Origin: Clostridia bacterium
GTDB taxonomy: Bacteria > Bacillota > Clostridia > Oscillospirales > CAG-272
Reading direction: 5' to 3'
DNA: 58,555 bases
Assembly: GCA_017463445.1 (NCBI GenBank)
Contig: JAFTPF010000117.1
Location: forward strand, 1-58,555
The notes under the pieces were generated by a model. That model worked only from the letters and a program-made list of their open reading frames with translations, ran no database searches and was not told the DNA's origin. Of the stretch, positions 18,082 through 26,257 are shown one piece after another. A program made the position numbers and the translations under genes. Within the stretch, counting starts at the first letter, position 1. The number at the start of each line of letters is the position of its first letter.

Positions 18082-18154
18082 CCCGGTATCGGGTCGTCCA
18101 CACCGACTTGGTGCGTATGAACATCGTATCTTATTTTAGAAAGGATAATACATA

Positions 18155-19621
18155 ATGAGAAAGAAACTCACAGCTTTGTTGCTTGCTGCAGCGATGTGTA
18201 CCGGCTCTGCTTTGCTGCTCGCTTCCTGCGCAGAAGGTGAATCCGGTAAGAAGACCACCCAGGATCCCGCTACCACCACTCCCCCCGATCCCAATGCGGA
18301 CATCTCTCTGGATCAGCTCCCTGCCGTTGATATGGAGGGCGCGATGATCGCGTTCGCCATAGCCGAGACCGACGGTGACGGCTTCCACGAGCGTTCCATC
18401 GTTCCTCCCGATCCCGACAGTGAGGATACCGTTGATAAGGCGGTATTCGAGCGTAACGCCAGAATTGAAGCAAAGTACAATTGCACGATCGAGATCGTGA
18501 ACTATCTGGACAATAACCTGAGTTCCTCTATCGGCGACCAGCTGACTGCAGGTACTTCTGATTACGACATTCTGGGCGCACGTCAGTACGACGACGTTCA
18601 GCTGGCATTGGACGGCGTTGTATACGACCTGAATATGCTGACCACCGACTTCCCCGAAGCCGCAGGCTATCTGAATCTGGATGCCTCCTACTGGGCAAAG
18701 GGCTATAACGATGCGCTGCAGATCGGTCAAGGCCGTTACTGGGTCACCGGTGACCTCTGTCTGCGTTACTCCGGCGGTTACTACTGCTACTTCGTTAACC
18801 ACACCAAGTACAACGAGTATCTGAACGAAACGCACGGCAACATTTATGATGTCGTCCGTAAAGGCGAATGGACTCTCGATAAACTGACCGAGATGACCGA
18901 AGGTATCTGGGAAGACAGAGGCACGTTGGATGATAAGACTAGTACCGACGATATGCTGGCCATCGCTCAGCCCGTATGGGATAACACCAACGGTTTGTCT
19001 ATTTCCTCCGGCGTGCAGTACAGCTACCGTCATGAGGACGGCACCATTCAGCTGACTATGGTCAGAGGTAACAAGCAGCTGGAGAGCTTTATGACTAAGT
19101 TCTACAATCTGCTCCAGAAGGACGGCGTATACAATTACGGCGGCGAATACGACGACGCAATGAAGAAGCTGGTTGCCAACGAGGCAGTCTTTGCTTCCGG
19201 CCGTCTGAACCAGGCTGAGCTGTACCTGCAGGAGATGGAAGATAACTACGGCATCATTCCCAATCCTAAGCTCTCTACCGATCAGACCAACTACGTTTCC
19301 TCTATCCACGACGGCGTACAGCTGTACGGCATCAATAACAACTCCCTGCAGATCCCCGAGGCGGCTCTGATCCTGGACGCACTGGAGCTGGAGTCCCGTA
19401 AGTCTGTCCGTCCCATGTACTTCGATTCTGCTGTTAAGATCGTGTACTCCCGTGGTAGTGACGACGCGGAAATGATCGACCTGATGGATGCCAGCATCTA
19501 CTCTGACTTCGTATACGTATGGCAGTTCTCTGCTGAGATGAAGGACATGGGTATGTGGCTGAGAGGCTCAGTGAAGTCTGCAAACGGCTACAACAACCTT
19601 GCTCGTGTACAGGGAACATGA
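18155..19621 (+). CDS. Extracellular solute-binding lipoprotein, paralogue 2 (ends at TGA aligned with Trp of paralogue 1)
   Basis: MRKKLTALLLAAAMCTGSALLLASC lipobox; collinear with 15802..17322 along its full length. Confidence 0.85.
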   Translation: MRKKLTALLLAAAMCTGSALLLASCAEGESGKKTTQDPATTTPPDPNADISLDQLPAVDMEGAMIAFAIAETDGDGFHERSIVPPDPDSEDTVDKAVFERNARIEAKYNCTIEIVNYLDNNLSSSIGDQLTAGTSDYDILGARQYDDVQLALDGVVYDLNMLTTDFPEAAGYLNLDASYWAKGYNDALQIGQGRYWVTGDLCLRYSGGYYCYFVNHTKYNEYLNETHGNIYDVVRKGEWTLDKLTEMTEGIWEDRGTLDDKTSTDDMLAIAQPVWDNTNGLSISSGVQYSYRHEDGTIQLTMVRGNKQLESFMTKFYNLLQKDGVYNYGGEYDDAMKKLVANEAVFASGRLNQAELYLQEMEDNYGIIPNPKLSTDQTNYVSSIHDGVQLYGINNNSLQIPEAALILDALELESRKSVRPMYFDSAVKIVYSRGSDDAEMIDLMDASIYSDFVYVWQFSAEMKDMGMWLRGSVKSANGYNNLARVQGT

Positions 19622-19684
19622 GAAAAAGGTTTGGAAGCTATCCTTGAAGAGATCACCCAACTGGAGGAAGCGTCCGGTCTGTAA
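19622..19684 (+). other. In-frame, still-conserved 20-codon tail beyond the TGA of SBP2
   Basis: EKGLEAILEEITQLEEASGL* aligns with STGLEDIMEAIEKLENASEGEA* of SBP1; the terminator follows this second stop. Confidence 0.6.
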
Positions 19685-19726
19685 TTGTACCGACGCGGCC
19701 TGCCATCCGGCTATATTTGTATGACC

Positions 19727-19758
19727 AAACCGAGAGGCTTTTTGCCTCTCGGTTTTTT
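19727..19758 (+). terminator. Intrinsic terminator after SBP2 (after the extended frame)
   Basis: AAACCGAGAGGC-TTTTT-GCCTCTCGGTTT + T-run. Confidence 0.8.
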
Positions 19759-19789
19759 GAAATTTTTTTCAAAAATTTCAAAAAAACTA

Positions 19790-19818
19790 TTGACAAACGG
19801 AAAGAGATATGGTATCAT
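19790..19818 (+). promoter_or_regulatory. Sigma-A promoter of tRNA cluster
   Basis: TTGACA-17-TGgTATCAT, 16 nt upstream of tRNA-Gly. Confidence 0.7.
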
Positions 19819-19833
19819 ACTAAAGCACCAAAT

Positions 19834-19907
<74 letters not shown>

Positions 19908-19934
19908 ATTTTTTCAGCCTCGGCTGAAAAATCC

Positions 19935-20011
19935 GCTTCCGTAGCTCAGCTGGATAGAGCAACTGCCTTCTAAGCAGTAGGTCGGGGGTTCGAGTCCCTC
20001 CGGGGGCGCCA
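19935..20011 (+). tRNA. tRNA-Arg (anticodon TCT)
   Basis: TAGCTCAGCTGGATAGAGC D-arm; anticodon loop CTTCTAA; acceptor with two G-U pairs; encoded CCA. Confidence 0.85.
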
Positions 20012-20016
20012 ATTCA

Positions 20017-20126
<110 letters not shown>

Positions 20127-20153
20127 TAACAGCAAATGTGCGCTGTTTATATA

Positions 20154-20180
20154 GCCTTCCCAATCGGGGAGGCATTTTTT
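20154..20180 (+). terminator. Intrinsic terminator after tRNA cluster
   Basis: GCCTTCCC-AATC-GGGGAGGC followed by ATTTTTT. Confidence 0.7.
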
Positions 20181-20206
20181 GATTTTATTCTATCGTTCTG
20201 AAGATT

Positions 20207-20235
20207 CCGTCGAATTGATTCGGCGGGATTTTTTT
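20207..20235 (+). terminator. Leader terminator upstream of PTS EIIA (possible antitermination control point)
   Basis: CCGTCGAA-TTGA-TTCGGCGG hairpin followed by GATTTTTTT, 70 nt before the ATG. Confidence 0.45.
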
Positions 20236-20306
20236 CGTTGTTCCGTATGTTTTTCTGTGGGACGGATAAACTATGCAAAACAAGTCAAAACAGAAAGGAT
20301 GATAGT

Positions 20307-20783
20307 ATGCTGAGTAAAAAGCGGACCGGTCAGCTGACCGCTCCCGCAGACGGCGCAACGGTTCACCTTCGGGAGCTTCCCGATCCCGCCTTTGCACAGG
20401 GGATGCTGGGAGACGGCGTTGCACTTGATCCCACGGACGGGCATTTCGTCAGTCCCTGCGATGGGATCGTTGTGGGCGTTTCCGATACCCTCCACGCCTA
20501 CAATCTGCTCACCGACGACGGGCTGGAGCTGCTCCTGCACATCGGGATCGATACCGTGGAGCTGAAGGGGGAAGGGTTTTCCACCAAAGTAAAGGAGGGC
20601 GATCGCGTGAAGGCGGGCGATCCCCTGGCGGAGGTAGACCTGGATCTGATCCGAGCGCGTGGGTACAGCACCCTGACCCCACTGATCGTCACCAATATGG
20701 AGCTTTTGTCGAGCCTTTCCTGCCAGCAGGGAAGTGTGCGGGGCGGTAAGGATCGGATCCTCAGGTATGAGATTCGGAAATAA
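20307..20783 (+). CDS. crr: PTS glucose-family EIIA component
   Basis: DPAFAQGMLGDGVA...LLLHIGIDTVELKG with both His motifs; ATG 20307 preceded by AAAGGA; the track start 20238 is upstream and not preferred. Confidence 0.85.
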   Translation: MLSKKRTGQLTAPADGATVHLRELPDPAFAQGMLGDGVALDPTDGHFVSPCDGIVVGVSDTLHAYNLLTDDGLELLLHIGIDTVELKGEGFSTKVKEGDRVKAGDPLAEVDLDLIRARGYSTLTPLIVTNMELLSSLSCQQGSVRGGKDRILRYEIRK

Positions 20784-20806
20784 TGAAAAGAGAGTGAAAC
20801 GTATAT

Positions 20807-22480
20807 ATGAGTAAATCCAAGGAAAAGCGGGGCGGCGGCGTATTCGGCGTCCTGCAAAGAGTCGGGCGGTCCTTTATGCTGCCTATTGCACTGCTTCCTA
20901 TTGCGGGACTGCTGCTGGGCATCGGCTCGTCCTTTACCAACCCCGCCATGATCGAGGCGTACAATTTAGAAAAATTGCTGGGTGAGGGGACGGTCCTGAA
21001 CTTTATCCTCACCGTTATGAGCGAGACGGGCAACATCATCTTCGGCAATCTGCCCATCCTCTTTGCCATGGGCGTTGCGCTAGGTATGGCGGAGAACGAG
21101 AAGGCCACCGCCACTCTGTCGGCGGCGATTGCCTTTTTCGTCATGCACCAAACCATCTCCACGCTGCTTCGTCTGACGGGCGGCTTCGAGGGAGATGTGC
21201 TGGAGGGCACCATCGCCACGGTAGTCGGCATCAAGTCGCTGGAGATGGGTGTGTTCGGCGGTATCATCGTGGGACTGGGCGTTGCTTGGCTCCACAACCG
21301 CTTCTACAAGATCCGCCTGCCCAGCGTCATCTCCTTCTTCGGCGGCGTCCGCTTCGTGCCTATCATCTCGACGCTGGCGTATATTCTGGTGGGCGTGGGA
21401 CTGTTCTTTTTTTGGCCCATCATTCAGAAAGCCATCTTCTCGCTGTGCGATTTCGTCCTGGAGAGCGGCTATGCGGGCACCTTCATCTACGGTGTCATCG
21501 AGCGTGCGCTGATCCCCTTCGGTTTGCACCACGTCTTCTATCTCCCCTTCTGGCAGACGGGACTTGGCGGCTCCGCTATGATCGACGGCGTGCTGGTCTC
21601 GGGTGCGCAGAACATCTTCTTTGCCGAGCTGGCATCTCCCTCCACCCAGGTGTTCAGCGTATCGGCGACCCGCTTTATGAGCGGTAAGTTCCCGCTGATG
21701 ATCTTTGGTCTGCCCGGCGCGGCACTGGCGATGTATTCGGCGGCGAAGCCCGGCAAGAAAAAGATCGCAGGCGGTCTCCTGCTGTCGGCGGCAGTGACCT
21801 CGATGCTCACGGGCATCACCGAGCCGCTGGAGTTCACCTTCCTTTTCGTGGCACCTCTGCTCTATGTGATCCACTGCATCTTCGCCGGAGCGGCATATAT
21901 GCTGATGCACCTGTTCCATGTAGGAGTGGGCATGACCTTCTCGGGCGGCTTGATTGACCTGACGTTGTTTGGTATCCTGCAGGGCAATGCCAAGACCAAC
22001 TGGGTCTGGGTGGTCATCGTGGGACTTGCGTATTTCGCAGTGTATTGGTTCCTGTTCTATTTCCTCATCAAAAAGCGAAACTATATGACGCCCGGCAGGG
22101 AAGAGGAGAGCGAAACCAAGCTCTACACCCGTGCCGACTACGATGAAAAGAAGGACGGTGCTGCCAAGGCGATCCCCGTGGATGTTGCCTCCGCCGCGGC
22201 GGGAAGTGACGGCGGTGCGATCTCCGACGGCACGCCCGTTGAAGACGACTCCCTTCCTGCAATGATCGTCCGCGGGCTGGGCGGCAAGGAGAACATCCGC
22301 AATCTGGACGCCTGCGCCACCCGACTTCGGGTGACGGTGGTGGATCCCGCCAAGGTCAACGACGGCCTCCTGCGTGCTACCGGCGCCTCGGGCGTCATCC
22401 GCAAGGGCGAGGGCGTGCAGATCATCTACGGCCCTCGTGTGACGGTCATCAAGAGCGAAGTGGAAGAGTATTTGGGATAA
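20807..22480 (+). CDS. PTS glucose/N-acetylglucosamine-family EIICB component
   Basis: 557 aa; EIIC membrane domain; C-terminal EIIB motif NLDACATRLRV (phospho-Cys). Confidence 0.9.
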   Translation: MSKSKEKRGGGVFGVLQRVGRSFMLPIALLPIAGLLLGIGSSFTNPAMIEAYNLEKLLGEGTVLNFILTVMSETGNIIFGNLPILFAMGVALGMAENEKATATLSAAIAFFVMHQTISTLLRLTGGFEGDVLEGTIATVVGIKSLEMGVFGGIIVGLGVAWLHNRFYKIRLPSVISFFGGVRFVPIISTLAYILVGVGLFFFWPIIQKAIFSLCDFVLESGYAGTFIYGVIERALIPFGLHHVFYLPFWQTGLGGSAMIDGVLVSGAQNIFFAELASPSTQVFSVSATRFMSGKFPLMIFGLPGAALAMYSAAKPGKKKIAGGLLLSAAVTSMLTGITEPLEFTFLFVAPLLYVIHCIFAGAAYMLMHLFHVGVGMTFSGGLIDLTLFGILQGNAKTNWVWVVIVGLAYFAVYWFLFYFLIKKRNYMTPGREEESETKLYTRADYDEKKDGAAKAIPVDVASAAAGSDGGAISDGTPVEDDSLPAMIVRGLGGKENIRNLDACATRLRVTVVDPAKVNDGLLRATGASGVIRKGEGVQIIYGPRVTVIKSEVEEYLG

Positions 22481-22484
22481 CGGT

Positions 22485-22565
22485 AAGGGGAACTTCTTGA
22501 AAGAAGTTCCCCTTAGGATCCCCTCAAGAACTTCCGAAAAAGCCCGACAAGTAATTGTCGGGCTT
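22485..22565 (+). repeat. Tripartite 3' element immediately after the PTS EIICB stop
   Basis: AAGGGGAACTTCTTGAAAGAAGTTCCCCTT + CCCCTCAAGAACTTCCGAAAAAG + AGCCCGACAAGTAATTGTCGGGCT. Confidence 0.7.
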
Positions 22566-22655
22566 CAGCTTTGGGAGAATGAATGCACATCATATCGAGC
22601 TTTCGACCGTGTCAAAAATTGACTTGTAAAATATGAAAAAACTTTACAATACCTC

Positions 22656-22684
22656 TTGCATTTACAAAAAAGACATGCTATAAT
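22656..22684 (+). promoter_or_regulatory. Sigma-A promoter of the SipW-type secreted protein gene
   Basis: TTGCAT-17-TGcTATAAT; leaves a ~125-nt leader. Confidence 0.6.
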
Positions 22685-22812
22685 GAATAATGTATAGGTA
22701 TATTAAGATGCAGGAGTGTTCTCTTGCACCGATACCCGACCGAATGGTGTAAACGCAGAAATGCGAATACATAGTTACTCTGCAAAATTTTATAACAAGG
22801 AGGAAAAACAAA

Positions 22813-24702
22813 ATGAGTAACAAAGCGAACAAGCGCTCAATGTTGGTCTGCGCCATTACACTGCTTCTGTGCGTGTCTATGGTAGTCGGCTCTACATATG
22901 CGTGGTTCACCGATGCTGTCGCAGTCAACGACAACATCATTGCATCCGGCGAGCTCAAAGTAGAACTGGACTACTGGGATGAAGCTACCGGTACCTGGGT
23001 TATGGCTGACCACCCCATTTTCAATTACGATAAATGGGAACCCGGCTATACCGAGGTTAAGTACGTAAAGGTTACCAATGCAGGTGATCTGGCGTTCAAG
23101 TATGAGTTTGACTTTGACTTCCAGGATCGTCAGCTGCTCAAGAAAGACGCTCCCAATCTGTCCGACGTGCTTGACATTTACTACGGCGTAGCCAATGTCG
23201 GCGACATCGCTACCCGCAGCGATCTCAGCAAGCTGACCAAGGTAAATGGCAGCCTGTCTGACGTAATGATTGCTAACGGTAAGTTTGCACCCGGCGTTCT
23301 GAAGGCAGACGAAGAAGTAGTTCTTTGCATCGCTCTGAAGATGCAAGAGTCTGCAGGCAACGAGTACCAGAATCTGAAGGTTGGCAACACCAAGTTCGAT
23401 CTGAAGCTGTACGCTGAACAGTGGACTTCCGAAAGTGATAGCTTCGGTCCCGACTACGACGACACCTTCACCGGTCTGACCGCAAAGGTTACCACCGACG
23501 GCGCTCTGGCAGTTCCCAGCAACGAATGGAGCTCTCTGTCCTTGGCTAGCCCTGACAAACTGGATTCTACCTACACCTTCAGCGCAGTTGAAACTGCAGA
23601 GCAGGCAGAGGCCGGCAAGTACGCAAACTGGATCGCTGATTTCGTTGTGAAAGTGGATAGACCCATTGCACAGACCAGCGATTTCGGTATCGCCGGTAAC
23701 TATGGCTCTTGGGGCTGGATCGGATTTGATCCTGCAGCAATTGGAATGGCAATTCCTGCGGATACCGAATTCCGTCTGCTTTACGATTACACCCAGGGCG
23801 CAATCGGCATCAACTACTACGAGCTTTGCAATACTGTAAAGAACTTCAGATGCGGTGTATGGAATAATGACCCTGCTAACTGTGGTACTACCATGACCGT
23901 AGAGCTTCGTATCTACGAGACTCAGGAGCGCACTGAAGAGAATAATTCCACCAATATCGAAACCGGCAAATCTTATACCCTTGCTTCGATCACCTACACT
24001 CTGGGCCTGAGCACTCCTGATGCAGTTGCATCTGCACTGGCAACCGGCGCCAACGTAGTTCTTTCCGCTGACGTTGATATGGGTGATACTCAGATCACCA
24101 TTCCTGCAGGTGTTTCTTCCACTCTGGACCTGAACGGCTACGATCTGACCGGCGCATATACCGGTGCTGATCACTACGCAATGTTTACTGTTGCCAACGG
24201 TGCATCTCTGACCGTTACCGGTGAAGGCGAGGTTTCTGCCGAAACCGAGGTTACCGCAGATAACAGATCTTTGGCGATCTTCCAGAACGCCGGTGAGCTG
24301 ACTCTGAATGGCGGTACGTACAATCTTAATAACACCAGAAACGGCCATACTTGGATCATCGCTACCATCGTTGATAACAGAACAAATAGTGCTTCTTGTG
24401 CTACAAAACTGACCATCAATGGCGGCGACTACACCGTTAGCGGCGATGCTACCAACCTGTTCCGTAACTATCCCCAGCAGGGCGGTACCGCAACTCTGGA
24501 AATCAATGACGGCGTATTCCACGCTAATACCGGCAAATCAACTACCTACATTTGGAACCAGGAATCCGGCTCCAATGTGGGCGAGCTTTACTTCAACGGC
24601 GGTATCTATGAAGACGGTGTTGTATATGAAGACTACAACGGCCAGAGCGATGTTCATATTGCAGCAGGCGTAACCATTCAGGGATACTCCGGTAACACCT
24701 AA
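22813..24702 (+). CDS. Large secreted protein with SipW-dependent (TasA/camelysin-type) signal peptide and beta-helix-like C-terminal region
   Basis: 629 aa; N-terminus ...LLLCVSMVVGSTYAWFTD characteristic of SipW-class signal peptides; repetitive T/G/N-rich C-terminal half. Confidence 0.7.
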   Translation: MSNKANKRSMLVCAITLLLCVSMVVGSTYAWFTDAVAVNDNIIASGELKVELDYWDEATGTWVMADHPIFNYDKWEPGYTEVKYVKVTNAGDLAFKYEFDFDFQDRQLLKKDAPNLSDVLDIYYGVANVGDIATRSDLSKLTKVNGSLSDVMIANGKFAPGVLKADEEVVLCIALKMQESAGNEYQNLKVGNTKFDLKLYAEQWTSESDSFGPDYDDTFTGLTAKVTTDGALAVPSNEWSSLSLASPDKLDSTYTFSAVETAEQAEAGKYANWIADFVVKVDRPIAQTSDFGIAGNYGSWGWIGFDPAAIGMAIPADTEFRLLYDYTQGAIGINYYELCNTVKNFRCGVWNNDPANCGTTMTVELRIYETQERTEENNSTNIETGKSYTLASITYTLGLSTPDAVASALATGANVVLSADVDMGDTQITIPAGVSSTLDLNGYDLTGAYTGADHYAMFTVANGASLTVTGEGEVSAETEVTADNRSLAIFQNAGELTLNGGTYNLNNTRNGHTWIIATIVDNRTNSASCATKLTINGGDYTVSGDATNLFRNYPQQGGTATLEINDGVFHANTGKSTTYIWNQESGSNVGELYFNGGIYEDGVVYEDYNGQSDVHIAAGVTIQGYSGNT

Positions 24703-24783
24703 TTCGCATAACCCCCATAAATCCCCCAACTCCTTCGGGAGTTGGGGGAGGACATCGGGTGCAAGCATCGCTTGCCCCACAAC

Positions 24784-24817
24784 AAAAGGCTATTGCCATA
24801 TGGCAACAGCCTTTTTT
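24784..24817. terminator. Bidirectional terminator between convergent genes
   Basis: AAAAGGCTATTGCC-ATAT-GGCAACAGCCTTTT with flanking A/T runs. Confidence 0.65.
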
Positions 24818-24844
24818 CTGTTTCTCTATCTGATTCCGTTTCAG

Positions 24845-26257
24845 CTACTCTTCCTCATCCTTCTTCATCGGGCGTTTGATCATGCTCTTGCCGCAGTAGC
24901 CGCAGCGGTCGGGGATGTGGGCGCCCGGCTCCAGATGGTCGAAGCCGTACAGGGCGTCCTCGTCGCTGTGGACTTCGGGGGTGGCGCTGTAATGGTTGCC
25001 GCAGTTGACGCAGACGATGGGTGCGCCGTCGTCCAGCAGATACATAAAGTCCGTGCAGGCGTAGTGGCGGATGCGGCTGCCTACGCCGAAGGGCGTGGTG
25101 CCCTTCACCAAATAGTCGTAACTAAACTCCCTGCCGCCGTCTTCCCGGATCCGCATCTTGGCAACCGTGTAGCGATAGGCGCGGCGATCCAGCCCGATCT
25201 TAGTCTTGGTTTGGTACTCCATTTCCAAGACCGTCCCTTCAAAGGAGCGGTCGGCGAGCCGTTCCCAGACCTTGAAGGCGGCAGCAGGTGCCATTGCCGC
25301 CAGTCCGAACAGAATGGTAGCGCCGAACATTCGGGTGGGATTGTCGTGGAATCGCCAGAGGGAGTAGCCCTCCAGGGTCACAAATGCAATACCCGATAGA
25401 ATGGCGACTACCCTTGCGGGGATCAGCCGACGGTTGACCATCTTTCGCAGATCGGCGCACTCGGGCGGGATCTGCGGGCGGGGCGATTTGGGCAAGCGCC
25501 CCCGCGCTACGATCTCGGAGGGACGCATAGCCGTGCGCTTGGCGGGGGAGGGAGCGGGCGCTTCTGCCTCGGTGGGGGGAGCCGCCTTTTCTGCCTCCTT
25601 CTCCGCCTCCTTCTCCTCCGCCTCCAGACGGCGGGCAGCGTTGGAGAGAGTGGCGTTTCGCCAGTTTCGGAAGGGATCGTGGTCGGCGAAGTTGCGCTGA
25701 TTGTTTTGGTAGATGGGCACCTCGGGGATGTCCTGCTTCACCGATTCCGCCATGGTCTTGGCGCGATCCTTCTGCCGCTTCTTGGCGCCTGCACCTTCGC
25801 CGGTAAGGATCGCGATCAGACACAGCAGATCGAATGCCACCAGTAAGCCGTAGTAGAGGGAGAGGGGGGCTTCTGACCAGTCCTGCCAGTTGTATTCCCG
25901 GTCGCCCCAATGGATGGCTTGGATAAAGTAATCTACCGGTCCGGTGACGTAGAAGGCGAAGCGCATTGGATAAGCAATGATCGCTTGCAATGCAAACATC
26001 AGCGCGGCAGGGATGAACACAGTATCATTACGGAACTCTTTTTGTTCATATCCGATCTTTTGGGAAGAGAAAAAGAGCCATAAGAGAGAGCCCACAGTCA
26101 GCGCCACGGCGTTGACCAGCCGGGTCTGCAGGAGGGACGCCTCGGAAACAATCAAATGGAAAACGAGCGAGACGACAAATTCCGTCAGCAAGCCGATCCA
26201 CAGCGCGGCGATCAGGTTCAGCAGGTAGATGCCGAATTTGGATAAGACGGTTTTCAT
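24845..26257 (-). CDS. Multi-pass membrane protein with C-terminal module paralogous to the upstream gene plus zinc ribbon; function unknown
   Basis: 470 aa; N-terminal TM domain, EAEKEAEK/Pro-rich linker, PRPQIPPECADLRK motif, 2 TM, beta-rich domain, CVNCG...CGYCG. Confidence 0.5.
   Translation of the reverse strand: MKTVLSKFGIYLLNLIAALWIGLLTEFVVSLVFHLIVSEASLLQTRLVNAVALTVGSLLWLFFSSQKIGYEQKEFRNDTVFIPAALMFALQAIIAYPMRFAFYVTGPVDYFIQAIHWGDREYNWQDWSEAPLSLYYGLLVAFDLLCLIAILTGEGAGAKKRQKDRAKTMAESVKQDIPEVPIYQNNQRNFADHDPFRNWRNATLSNAARRLEAEEKEAEKEAEKAAPPTEAEAPAPSPAKRTAMRPSEIVARGRLPKSPRPQIPPECADLRKMVNRRLIPARVVAILSGIAFVTLEGYSLWRFHDNPTRMFGATILFGLAAMAPAAAFKVWERLADRSFEGTVLEMEYQTKTKIGLDRRAYRYTVAKMRIREDGGREFSYDYLVKGTTPFGVGSRIRHYACTDFMYLLDDGAPIVCVNCGNHYSATPEVHSDEDALYGFDHLEPGAHIPDRCGYCGKSMIKRPMKKDEEE

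Noticed and set aside
19619-19621. Genome-wide reassignment of TGA (or TAG) to Trp.
   Set aside because: TGA terminates TerL (9388-9390), portal (11191-11193), the phosphoribosyltransferase (18079-18081) and the response regulator at family-typical C-termini. TAG terminates the histidine kinase and the GerA-family gene. At most this is local readthrough or nonsense mutation.
22690-22812. A c-di-GMP riboswitch call for the leader of the SipW-type protein gene.
   Set aside because: Only a vague resemblance (ACCCGACCG-like segment, GNRA hairpin). I cannot reproduce the aptamer consensus from memory, so it is reported only as an unclassified structured leader.
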